Origin: Anaerolineae bacterium | GTDB lineage: Bacteria > Chloroflexota > Anaerolineae > CG2-30-64-16 | Reading direction: 5' to 3' | DNA length: 64,000 bases | Assembly: GCA_034432655.1 (NCBI GenBank) | Contig: DAOUBP010000038.1 | Span: forward strand, 660-64,659 | In this document: piece by piece, positions 38,409 to 47,117 of the stretch | Layout of the letters: each line of letters begins with the position of its first letter | Numbering within the stretch: the first letter of the stretch is position 1 | Notes under the pieces: generated by a model | Seen by the model: the letters and a program-made list of their open reading frames with translations, nothing else | Databases searched by the model: none | Told to the model about the DNA's origin: nothing | Program-made: the position numbers and the translations under genes

Positions 38409-39575
38409 TTATGCGTGGCCGGCAATGGGAAAGGTAACGTGAAAGGTGCTGCCCTGGGCCGGCGCGCTCTCAAACCACAGGCGCCCCCCCTGGAGCTCGG
38501 CCAGGGCGCGGGCGATGTAAAGGCCCAGCCCGATGCCGCCGCTCCCCGTCCGGCCCACGTTGCGCGCGCGGAAAAAGGGGTCGAAGACCTGCTTGCGATC
38601 CTCTTCGGCGATGCCGATCCCTTCATCGGTCACGGCCACCTCCAGGAAACCGTCTTCGGCGGCCTTCTTGACTTCGACAATGATGTTTGAACCGGCCGGG
38701 GAGTACTTGCTGGCGTTGCTAAGCAGGTTGCCCACCACCTGACCGGCACGCGCCGGGTCGCAAAGCGCCAGGGGGAGGCCGGTCGGCGCACGCAGGGAGA
38801 GCTGTTGCGCCCGGGCTTCCAGTTGCGGGACCTGTTCGGCGATCACCTCTTCCACCAGCGCGATCAGGTTGGCCGGCTTCAGGGTCACCTCCATGCGGCC
38901 GATTTCGATGCGCGTCAGGTCCAACAGGTCACGGGTGATCTGCAACAGACGATGTGCACTGTTCTCGACGATGCGCAGGTATTCGCGTTGCCGGTCGGTC
39001 AAGGGGCCCGCATCCCCGTCCAACAACATTTCGATGTAGCCGCTGATCGAAGCCAAAGGGGTGCGCAGCTCATGGGCAGCGATGGATACGAAGATGGATT
39101 TGACCTCGTCCAGCCGTTGCAACTCGGCGTTGGCGGCCTCTAACGCCATGTTCTGACGATGAAGTTCATCGCGCAACAGGCGCAACTCGTTGCGCTGCTG
39201 TGTCAGGCGTTGTTCCAGCTCCCCCACCTCGGTGACATCCTGCACCACATGGATCAGCCCGGTGATGTGGCCGGTCTCATCGGTATAGGGCAGGTCAATC
39301 ATGGTGAGATACGCAGTTCTGCCCCCGGGCAAGTCGCGGTTGATGTAAGAAAGCTGGAAGCGGGGCAGCTCGCCGGTCAACAGGTCGGCCAGCACTTCCT
39401 CGTTGCCGATCAGTTCGGGCACGACCTCAGTCAACGGGCGGCCCATCCAACTTTTGAGCCAGGTTTGCAGGCCGTTGCTGGCTCCACTGACCTCGATGAC
39501 ATTCAGATCCCGATCGGTGATGGCATAAGAGATGCGACGATCGTGCAGGATGGTTTGGGCGACCCGTTGCTTCAT
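38409..39575 (-). CDS. PAS-domain sensor histidine kinase
   Basis: HELRTPLASISGYIEML (H-box), HATPase GGIGLGLYIA. Confidence 0.85.
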   Translation of the reverse strand: MKQRVAQTILHDRRISYAITDRDLNVIEVSGASNGLQTWLKSWMGRPLTEVVPELIGNEEVLADLLTGELPRFQLSYINRDLPGGRTAYLTMIDLPYTDETGHITGLIHVVQDVTEVGELEQRLTQQRNELRLLRDELHRQNMALEAANAELQRLDEVKSIFVSIAAHELRTPLASISGYIEMLLDGDAGPLTDRQREYLRIVENSAHRLLQITRDLLDLTRIEIGRMEVTLKPANLIALVEEVIAEQVPQLEARAQQLSLRAPTGLPLALCDPARAGQVVGNLLSNASKYSPAGSNIIVEVKKAAEDGFLEVAVTDEGIGIAEEDRKQVFDPFFRARNVGRTGSGGIGLGLYIARALAELQGGRLWFESAPAQGSTFHVTFPIAGHA

Positions 39576-39603
39576 GAGCGCGCTCCAGGTAAGGCGACCG
39601 TAG

Positions 39604-40119
39604 TCAAAGGATCAGGAGCTGGCCGAGATGGCGAAAGACAGCTTCTACGTTGGCTCCTGTTTTGGCGCTGGTAAGATAGTAGGGTGCGTGGAGCGCTGCT
39701 GCCCGGCCGGCGATCTCTTCGTCCGCCACCTGACGTTGCTCTCGCAGGTCTTCTTTGTTGCCGGCGATAATCAGCCGGGCGCCGGGGTTGATCCGCTGCA
39801 GTTCGGCCGCGTAGCACGGGACACTGTCCAGGCTGGCCGGCCGGGTCAAATCGCACACGATAATAGCGCCGGCTGCTCCGCGCAGATAGCTGGCCCGTAT
39901 CACGTCATATTCCTCACTGCCTGCCAGGTCCCACAAGATCAGCGTGAGTTCCACCAGGTCACCGTTGCGCGGGAGGACGATCACTTTGCGACTGACCTTA
40001 ACCCCGATCGTGCTGAGGTATTTGTCGTCGAACAGATTGTAGACGAAGCGACGCACCAGGCTGGTTTTGCCCACCGCGTAATCGCCCAATAAGCAGACTT
40101 TCTTGCTTAGCGAGATCAA
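39604..40119 (-). CDS. Ras-superfamily small GTPase (MglA/Rup-like)
   Basis: G1 GDYAVGKT, G3 WDLAGSEEY, G4 AGNKEDL, G5 TSAK. Confidence 0.8.
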   Translation of the reverse strand: MISLSKKVCLLGDYAVGKTSLVRRFVYNLFDDKYLSTIGVKVSRKVIVLPRNGDLVELTLILWDLAGSEEYDVIRASYLRGAAGAIIVCDLTRPASLDSVPCYAAELQRINPGARLIIAGNKEDLREQRQVADEEIAGRAAALHAPYYLTSAKTGANVEAVFRHLGQLLIL

Positions 40120-40156
40120 AGTTGTGCGTCCCTTCTTGTCTGGCCGGCCGCCACCG

Positions 40157-41590
40157 TCACGGTGCAGGGACGACCGGCACGCTCAGGAGGTCTCCCTCCA
40201 GGCCGACTAACATCGCCGCCACCCAGCCGATCCTGCCATCCTGCGTGCAACACACTTGCCACCAGCCGCCCGTTGCGTTGCGGCCGACAACGGTCAGGAC
40301 CCGGCCGCTCTCCGCCACTTCCCACACCGGATAGTTCAGCCCTGGCCCGGCCCGGATGTTGACGCCCCGCTCCCCCACCCTGACAATGGGTGTCGGGGCC
40401 GGAGTGACGGTGGCCGTCACGGTGACCGTCGGCGTCGGGGTGGCGGTCGGCGTCGGGGTGGGCGTGGCCGTCGCTGTTGCGGTGGCCGTCGGCGTCGCAG
40501 TCGTGGTGGCCGTCGCTGTTGCGGTGGCCGTCGGCCCTGGGGTCGCAGTGACAACAACCAGGATAGTGGTCACCGGCCGGTTCAGCGCGTTGCGCAGCGC
40601 CAATGTCCCGCCGATGCACGCGGCCAACAGGCACAGGACCAACAGGCCACCGAGTGCCGCCACAATGCGCCGCTGGCCGGGGCTCAACCCCTTGTCCGGC
40701 GCGCTGGCCCGGTCCGGAGAGAGTGCCAGCAAAGCAGATAGATCGCGCTGCGCGTCTGCGAAACGGGTCGCGTCGCCGTCGAAGCGCACCAGCGCGGTGT
40801 GATAGCCATTTTCGATGGCGATGATGCGCTCGCGCATGGCCGCCCGGAAGCCCGGCGGCTCGATCCCATCCACCACGACCGCGAGATAGGCATGTCGGGT
40901 CGCTTCGATCAGGATGCGCCGGGTGCCGTACTGGATCTCGTCCAGCTGGCCCTCCTTGCCCCGACCGAAAGCGTCCTGGGCAAAATCGCGGATCGCGGTC
41001 AGCATGCCGCTGATCAGATCGGCCTGATCGGCAATTTCTGGTTCGTTGGAAAGGTGCAACAGCAGCAGGCCGGTCTCACGGTGGATCAGGAACAGCTCCG
41101 CCACCCGGAACGGCAGCGCCTCGCGCAGGGCCAATGCCTCATCCGGGATGCCGGCCAGCCGGCCCCGCAGCCGCCGCCAGACCGACTTCAGGTCCAGGGA
41201 GGTGCGCATCCGGGTGTCAATGGCCCGGGCCAGGTCGCGGATCGCCTCGGCGACCGCGCGGCCGATGAGCTGGCCGATGATCGGGTAGAGCGCCTCGATC
41301 ATCTCATCGCGGCCTTCCTGGATTTTGTGCCGGATGATGTCACCCATCAAGGGCGAAATGGCGGCCACCAGGCGCTGTGGGTCACCGGTGCGATGCTCCA
41401 GCTCGGTCACCCGCGCGGCGAGCTGGTCGGCGCGCGCGCGGTCCGGCGCCGCGAGAATGCGGCGTAACTCCTCCAGGGCCGGGTCAACTCCCTGGGCGTT
41501 CGCCACGGCCTCGCCCTGGCCAGGCAACAGCCCAGGCCCCATCGGCGCCCGCGATTCGGCGCAGTCCGCCGAGGCCGGTTGATCGTCCAT
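40157..41590 (-). CDS. membrane protein: cytoplasmic roadblock/LC7-like domain, one TM, Thr/Pro/Ala-rich linker, C-terminal SH3b domain
   Basis: LFLIHRETGLLLLHLS...RRILIEATRHAYLAVVVDG (roadblock-like strands); TM IVAALGGLLVLCLLAACIGGTLAL; (TA)n(TP)n linker; SH3b VRVGERGVNIRAGPGLNYPVWEV...GWWQV. Confidence 0.6.
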   Translation of the reverse strand: MDDQPASADCAESRAPMGPGLLPGQGEAVANAQGVDPALEELRRILAAPDRARADQLAARVTELEHRTGDPQRLVAAISPLMGDIIRHKIQEGRDEMIEALYPIIGQLIGRAVAEAIRDLARAIDTRMRTSLDLKSVWRRLRGRLAGIPDEALALREALPFRVAELFLIHRETGLLLLHLSNEPEIADQADLISGMLTAIRDFAQDAFGRGKEGQLDEIQYGTRRILIEATRHAYLAVVVDGIEPPGFRAAMRERIIAIENGYHTALVRFDGDATRFADAQRDLSALLALSPDRASAPDKGLSPGQRRIVAALGGLLVLCLLAACIGGTLALRNALNRPVTTILVVVTATPGPTATATATATTTATPTATATATATPTPTPTATPTPTVTVTATVTPAPTPIVRVGERGVNIRAGPGLNYPVWEVAESGRVLTVVGRNATGGWWQVCCTQDGRIGWVAAMLVGLEGDLLSVPVVPAP

Positions 41591-41598
41591 AGCTGTGA

Positions 41599-42222
41599 TC
41601 AGCCGGGCTGGTCCAGGCCCTGCAGCAGGTCCGCCAGGGAGCCGCCGGCCTTCACATGGTTGCCCAGCTCAATGAACAGGTCGCCCAGCATGGTCCGATC
41701 GGCCTTTTCGTCGGTGAGCCGTTGGGCGATCATCCGCAGTTCGTCGCGCAGCTCAGCGTCCGCTTTGCGCAGTTCCAGGCGCAGGTTTTGCAGCGCGGTC
41801 TCGTGGGCGGCTGCCTGGTCCGTCAGCCCGGTGTCCAGACGGCCGATCTCGGCCTTCAGCGCTGCCTGCAGCTCGCTGTCCGCCTGTTGCAACTCCTGGC
41901 GCAGGTTCTTCATGCCGGTGGTGTGGGCGGCATCCTGCTCGGCCAGTTGGGCGGTCAGCCGGCCGGTTTCTGCTTTCAGAGCGGTTTTCAATTCATCATC
42001 GGCCTGGCGCAGCTCCTGGCGCAGGGCTTGCAGATTGCGGCTTTGGGCAGCGTCCCGAGCGGTGAGCTGTTCGCTCAGGCGGTCCAGTTCTTGTTGGAGC
42101 CGGCCGATGTCGCGCATGACCGCCTCAAAGCGTTGCTCGTAATCGCGCATCTTCGGGCCAAAGATGATGTCGCGAATCCGCTCGACCGATTCCGTGCCTG
42201 TGATTTGCTCTTTGTCCGCCAT
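41599..42222 (-). CDS. coiled-coil repeat protein (4 x ~30-aa LQxLRQELxxADxELxxALKAE repeats)
   Basis: internal direct protein repeats visible. Confidence 0.55.
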   Translation of the reverse strand: MADKEQITGTESVERIRDIIFGPKMRDYEQRFEAVMRDIGRLQQELDRLSEQLTARDAAQSRNLQALRQELRQADDELKTALKAETGRLTAQLAEQDAAHTTGMKNLRQELQQADSELQAALKAEIGRLDTGLTDQAAAHETALQNLRLELRKADAELRDELRMIAQRLTDEKADRTMLGDLFIELGNHVKAGGSLADLLQGLDQPG

Positions 42223-42291
42223 TCAACCCTCCTGAAGGATAGCGCTAAAGGATTACAGTGATGATTACAAGACAAAAAGGCCAGGGCGCGA

Positions 42292-43017
42292 TCAGCGCCT
42301 GGCCGGGAAGCTATAGCCCAGCCCGCGTTCAGTGAGGATATAAACCGGCTGGGCGGGGATCGGCTCGATCTTCTGGCGCAGCCGGTGCACGTGGACGCGC
42401 AGGGTGTCCTCGAACACCTCTTCCATCGGCCACAGCCGACGAAGCAAGAAGTCGGTGGTGACGGTGCGTCCGGCGTTGCGCATCAACAGATAGAGCAGCT
42501 TGGTCTCGGTGGGGGTGAGCGACACCGGCTGGCCTGCGACGAACACCCGTTGGTGGGGGAAGTCCACCGTCAGGCGGTCGTCCACTTTGATCAGCACATC
42601 CAGGGTGTAGGCGAAGTCTCCGATGCGCCGGAGCACACGCTGCACGCGGGCCACCAGCTCGCGCGGGCTGAACGGCTTGACCACATAGTCCTCGGCATAG
42701 CGGTTGATGCCCTGGATGATCGTCTCTTCTTCATCCACCGCGCTCAGCATGATGATGGGCAGGTCGCTGAACTGCTGGACCGCCTGGCAGAACTCGAAAC
42801 CGGACATCCCGGGCAGGTTGATGTCCACGATGGCCAGGTGGGGCATGCCGCGACGCTGGATGATATCCAGCGCCTGGGGGCCGCTGCCGGCGGTGAACAC
42901 CTCGTAGCCGGCGTTTTCCAGCTTGTCTTTCACCAGGCGCTGGATGGCGGGGTCATCGTCAACCACCAGGATGCGTTGCGCTGCCGGCGCAGTGCCGGGC
43001 AGAGGGGCATCGGACAT
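42292..43017 (-). CDS. OmpR-family response regulator
   Basis: ILVVDDDPAIQ, receiver Asp, winged-helix C-term LGYSF. Confidence 0.85.
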   Translation of the reverse strand: MSDAPLPGTAPAAQRILVVDDDPAIQRLVKDKLENAGYEVFTAGSGPQALDIIQRRGMPHLAIVDINLPGMSGFEFCQAVQQFSDLPIIMLSAVDEEETIIQGINRYAEDYVVKPFSPRELVARVQRVLRRIGDFAYTLDVLIKVDDRLTVDFPHQRVFVAGQPVSLTPTETKLLYLLMRNAGRTVTTDFLLRRLWPMEEVFEDTLRVHVHRLRQKIEPIPAQPVYILTERGLGYSFPARR

Positions 43018-43020
43018 GGC

Positions 43021-43623
43021 TTATCCTGCTTTTGCCAGATTGGCGGCCACGAAATCCCAGTTGACCAGGTGATCCAGAAACGCCTGGACGAAATCGGGCC
43101 GTCGGTTCTGGTAATCCAGATAATAAGCGTGCTCCCACACATCCACGGTGAGCAAGGCGACTTTGCCCTGGGTCATGGGGGTCTCGGCGTTGGGCGTGCT
43201 CATGATGCTGAGCCGGTCGCCGTCCAGCACCAGCCAGCCCCAGCCGCTGCCGAAGCGCCCCACCGCAGCGGCCTTAAACTGCTCGGCGAACTTCTCGTAG
43301 CTCCCGAAAGCGGCTTCAATCCTGGCCGCCAGTTCGCCCGTGGGCCGGCCACCGCCGCCCGGCTTCATGCAGTGCCAGAAGAAGGTGTGGTTCCACACCT
43401 GGGCCGCGTTGTTGAAGAAGCCGGCTTTTGTCGGATCGCCGGCCGTGGCCAGGATGATTTCCTCCAGGGTCGCATGTTCGTAGGGGCTGCCGGGCAGCAG
43501 CTTATTCAGGTTGTCCACGTAGGCCTTGTGATGCTTGCCGTGATGAAAGCTGAAGGTGCGGGCCGTGTAGTACGGCTCCAACGCGTCGTCGGAATACGGC
43601 AGAGGGGGTAGCTCGAAAGCCAT
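43021..43623 (-). CDS. Fe/Mn superoxide dismutase
   Basis: FHHGKHH, DVWEHAYYLDYQNRR; RBS aaaggag. Confidence 0.9.
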   Translation of the reverse strand: MAFELPPLPYSDDALEPYYTARTFSFHHGKHHKAYVDNLNKLLPGSPYEHATLEEIILATAGDPTKAGFFNNAAQVWNHTFFWHCMKPGGGGRPTGELAARIEAAFGSYEKFAEQFKAAAVGRFGSGWGWLVLDGDRLSIMSTPNAETPMTQGKVALLTVDVWEHAYYLDYQNRRPDFVQAFLDHLVNWDFVAANLAKAG

Positions 43624-43701
43624 GGCAGTCTGCTCCTTTCTTCTTATAGAAGTGAGATATCGAACGGTGCCGCAGCGCACGTCGGTCAAAACCTGTGAGC
43701 T

Positions 43702-43730
43702 ATTCTACACTTTTGCGTTTCACGAAGCAA
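43702..43730 (-). promoter_or_regulatory. putative promoter for SOD gene TTGCTT-N17-TGTAGAAT
   Basis: minus strand reading. Confidence 0.3.
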
Positions 43731-43827
43731 ATGTGATGTCCAGCTTGTCGTGTCCGGCAGACTGCGAGATCATGCCCGGCTCGGAGAAGCGGTAGCGGCT
43801 TCTCGGGCGAACTTCCCTGCCAGCGGC

Positions 43828-43856
43828 TTGTCGAACGGCAGCGCTCACGCTATAAT
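43828..43856 (+). promoter_or_regulatory. putative promoter for comM TTGTCG-N17-TATAAT
   Basis: ttgtcgaacggcagcgctcacgctataat ~70 nt upstream of ATG. Confidence 0.4.
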
Positions 43857-43927
43857 TCGTACAGCCTCGTGTGGGGTAGCTGATCCGATCGCAACCTTCC
43901 CCATATGACCGAGTGGGAGGTAATCTC

Positions 43928-45448
43928 ATGCTTGCCAAAGTCTACAGCTGTGCCCTGGTCGGCCTGGAAGGCGCGCTGGTGGAGGTGGAAGCAGATCTGA
44001 ACACCCGCTCTCTGCCCTCGGTGACCCTGGTCGGCCTGCCTGACACAGCCGTGAAGGAATCCACCGAGCGGGTGCGCGCTGCGATCTTCAACTCGGGCCT
44101 GACCTATCCCCGCGGCCGGCTGACCATCAACCTGGCGCCGGCCGACCTGCGCAAAGAGGGGCCGGCTTACGACCTGCCCATCGCCGTGGCGCTGCTGATT
44201 GTGGCCGAGCAGATCCCGGCCGACCTGGAGGGGGTCGTTTTCCTGGGCGAGCTTTCGCTGGACGGCTCGGTGCGGCATGTGGAAGGGGTCTTGCCCATGA
44301 CCCATGCAGTGAAGGAGCTGGGCTACAAGGCCATCTTCGTGCCTCAGGTTGACGCGCCCGAGGCTGCGCTGGTGGAAGGGATTGATGTTTACCCCGTCGA
44401 GTCGCTGGGCCGGCTGGCTGCGCACTTCAGAGATTATCATCCCATCGAGCCGTATCGCACCGACCTGCGCCTGGACGATGAGCCGCCCCCTTATGCCGCC
44501 GACTTTCAGGACATCAAGGGCCAGGAGCACGTCAAGCGGGCGTTAGAGGTGGCGGCCGCCGGCGGGCACAACGTCCTGATGTCCGGTCCGCCCGGCTCCG
44601 GCAAGACGCTGCTGGCCCGCTCCCTGCCCTCGATCCTGCCGCGCATGACCCCGTCCGAGGCGTTGGATGTGACCCGCATCTACTCGGTGGCCGGCATGCT
44701 GCCCTCGGACATGCCGTTGATCCGCCACCGGCCCTTCCGCGCGCCGCACCACACCATCTCGCACGCCGGCCTGGTAGGGGGTGGCCAGTGGCCGCGGCCA
44801 GGGGAGATCAGCCTGGCGCATCGCGGCGTGCTGTTCCTGGACGAGCTGCCGGAGTTCGGACAACACGGCCTGGAGGTACTGCGGCAGCCGCTGGAAGATA
44901 AGGTGGTCACCATCAGTCGGGCGCAAGGCAGCCTGACCTTCCCGGCCAATTTTATGCTGGTGGGTGCGATGAACCCATGTCCCTGCGGCTACTACGGCGA
45001 CCCGGAGCACCAATGCACGTGCAGCCCCATGCTCATCAGCCGCTACCAGAAGCGCCTCTCCGGCCCGCTGCTGGACCGCATTGACATCCACGTGGAGGTC
45101 CCGCGCGTCCCATTCCAGAAGCTGAGCGATGATCGCCGCGGTGAGCCCTCGGTGGCGGTACGGGCGCGGGTGGAAGCGGCGCGGGCGCGGCAGGCGGCGC
45201 GTTTTGCCGGCACCCCGCTGACCACCAACGCGGACATGGGGCCGACGCATATCCGGGAATTCTGTCAGGTAGATGAGACGGGGCGCCAGCTTCTAGCCGC
45301 GGCCATGCGGCAGTTGAACCTGAGCGCGCGGGCTTATCACCGGGTGCTGAAGCTGGCGCGCACCATCGCCGACCTGGCCGGAAGCGAGCGCATCCAGCCG
45401 GCACATATCGCGGAGGCGATCCAGTATCGGCCGCGACGGATGGAGTGA
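43928..45448 (+). CDS. comM: YifB/ComM family Mg-chelatase-like AAA+ ATPase
   Basis: MLAKVYSCALVGLEGALVEVE, GPPGSGKT, RAYHRVLKLARTIADLAG. Confidence 0.9.
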   Translation: MLAKVYSCALVGLEGALVEVEADLNTRSLPSVTLVGLPDTAVKESTERVRAAIFNSGLTYPRGRLTINLAPADLRKEGPAYDLPIAVALLIVAEQIPADLEGVVFLGELSLDGSVRHVEGVLPMTHAVKELGYKAIFVPQVDAPEAALVEGIDVYPVESLGRLAAHFRDYHPIEPYRTDLRLDDEPPPYAADFQDIKGQEHVKRALEVAAAGGHNVLMSGPPGSGKTLLARSLPSILPRMTPSEALDVTRIYSVAGMLPSDMPLIRHRPFRAPHHTISHAGLVGGGQWPRPGEISLAHRGVLFLDELPEFGQHGLEVLRQPLEDKVVTISRAQGSLTFPANFMLVGAMNPCPCGYYGDPEHQCTCSPMLISRYQKRLSGPLLDRIDIHVEVPRVPFQKLSDDRRGEPSVAVRARVEAARARQAARFAGTPLTTNADMGPTHIREFCQVDETGRQLLAAAMRQLNLSARAYHRVLKLARTIADLAGSERIQPAHIAEAIQYRPRRME

Positions 45449-45667
45449 GTGCCCGTTGAAAATCGCTGGCATGGTGAAGCTGAGTGACCATGCAATCGCG
45501 CCCGCTTGACCCCCGGTTGTGGTCTGTGTAAAACGGCTATCAAGATGGCTATTTGGAGGCTGTGATGATACCCAGATACTCTGCAAATTTGACCTGGCGA
45601 AAGAGGGAATCGAACCATCGGTCTTCGAGGGCTTGCGAGACCGATCTCCGGGCCGGGAGATGAGCTG

Positions 45668-46127
45668 GTGACTCTCCGCTTTCTCCTTGACACCAATGTC
45701 ATCTCCGAACCACTGCGCCCTGTCCCTAACCAGGCGGTGCTGGAACGCCTGCGTGAGCACCAGGCAGAGATCGCCATTGCAGCCGTTGTCTGGCATGAGT
45801 TATGGTATGGCTGCTATCGGCTGCCCGAATCGAACAAGCGCACCGTGATCGAGGCCTATCTCAAAGAGGTGGTCGCGCGTGCGATCCCGATCCTGTCGTA
45901 TGATCCGCGGGCAGCATTATGGCACACAGTGCGCAGCCTCCCCTAAGGGGATCGCGGCGGCGATCCACCTTCGGCCGGCCGCGACGGATGGCGTCATGTA
46001 TGGTATGATATTTACAGCAATACTTCGCAGAGGCGGCATGGCGGTTCGTGATGCTGATACCGAGTGGTTGCGCGTGCAGGCTTACCGGCGCATCGGCGCC
46101 AGCCGGGCGCGTTCTTCTACCGGCTAG
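45668..46127 (+). pseudogene. degraded PIN-domain (VapC-like) toxin gene: GTG start, frameshift after ~85 codons; no antitoxin ORF upstream
   Basis: LLDTNVISEP...AVVWHELWYG (PIN N-half) in frame 45668-45946; C-half-like residues (AAAIHLRPAATDG...) in a different frame 45879-46127. Confidence 0.5.
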
Positions 46128-46954
46128 AACTCCTTCTCGCTGATGAACGCGCCGTGCCAGGTGTGATACCACACCTGCCCGGTGTAGGCGTTGACGCTGA
46201 GCATGCCGGCCGGCTTACCGTTCTGCAGGAAGTCCATGGTGTAGTAGCCGGGAAACTGCATCTCGTCGTCGGCCAGGGTGGCGCCGGGGAGGTTGGCGTC
46301 GAGCCACCCCTGTCCCGCGGCCCGCGCCTGCGCCACGGTGATGGCCGTGGGGCCGGCCGGACGATTCCACCAGCCCATCATGCCGCCGAAGCCGGCCATA
46401 TGGCCGTACTTCGTGTTCCACATCATGTTGGGGCCGGGCTCGGGGATCACGGAGCCGGTGTAGCGGTTGACCAGCAGCTCGAAGGCGCCCATGCCCGTGC
46501 TCTGCTCCTTGACCATGGCGTAGAAGTTGTTCTCGAACTCCATCACCTCGGCCAGGGTCAGGTCGCCGTTGCCATAGCGCTTCAGGTATTCCTGCACGGC
46601 TGCCGCGGCCTGATCGAGGGTGATCGGCTGGCCGCTTGCCTGGCCCGGCGCGGCGCCGAGCATCGGGCAGCCGGCCGACCAGGGGTCGGTGATGGGGTTG
46701 CCGAATCCCATCATGCCGCCGGGGCCATAGCTGCCCATCATGCTGCCGGGGCCATAGTTGCCCATCATGCCAGGGCCATAGTTGCCCATCATGCCGGGGC
46801 CATAGTTGCCCATCATGCCGGGGCCATAGCCCTGGCGGCCCCAGCCGCCCCACGCGCCGCCCGGCCCTTGGGCGAAGGCAGTCGCCGCGAAGACAGCCAT
46901 CAGCAACAGGACGGCCAATCCCAGGCCGACCACGAGTCTGGTACGCTTGTTCAT
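46124..46954 (-). CDS. secreted Met/Gly-rich repeat protein (signal peptide; 6x YGPGMMGN; PepSY-like C-terminal half)
   Basis: MNKRTRLVVGLGLAVLLLMAVFAATAFA signal; Met-rich repeats suggest Cu(I) binding; RBS aggag. Confidence 0.6.
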   Translation of the reverse strand: MNKRTRLVVGLGLAVLLLMAVFAATAFAQGPGGAWGGWGRQGYGPGMMGNYGPGMMGNYGPGMMGNYGPGSMMGSYGPGGMMGFGNPITDPWSAGCPMLGAAPGQASGQPITLDQAAAAVQEYLKRYGNGDLTLAEVMEFENNFYAMVKEQSTGMGAFELLVNRYTGSVIPEPGPNMMWNTKYGHMAGFGGMMGWWNRPAGPTAITVAQARAAGQGWLDANLPGATLADDEMQFPGYYTMDFLQNGKPAGMLSVNAYTGQVWYHTWHGAFISEKEF

Positions 46955-47117
46955 CTTTGCTTCTCCTGCTGTGAGATGGAAGACGCGGGGGCGATCGCTG
47001 TCGCCCTCCACGCGCTTCAGGAGCCAGTATAGAGCGGTTCCGGGCTGTCGGTAAGCGCCGATTGTCGCATTGTCCCCGCGCCGTTTGGCCTATGCGGGGA
47101 GCAGGGGCAAGCAGGGG

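Noticed and set aside
45590-45670. Possible tRNA gene on minus strand (GGTTCGATTCC motif)
   Set aside because: Could not build a complete cloverleaf (no matching 5' acceptor strand, 8-bp stem with 13-nt loop instead of anticodon arm). Reported only as a tRNA-like fragment.
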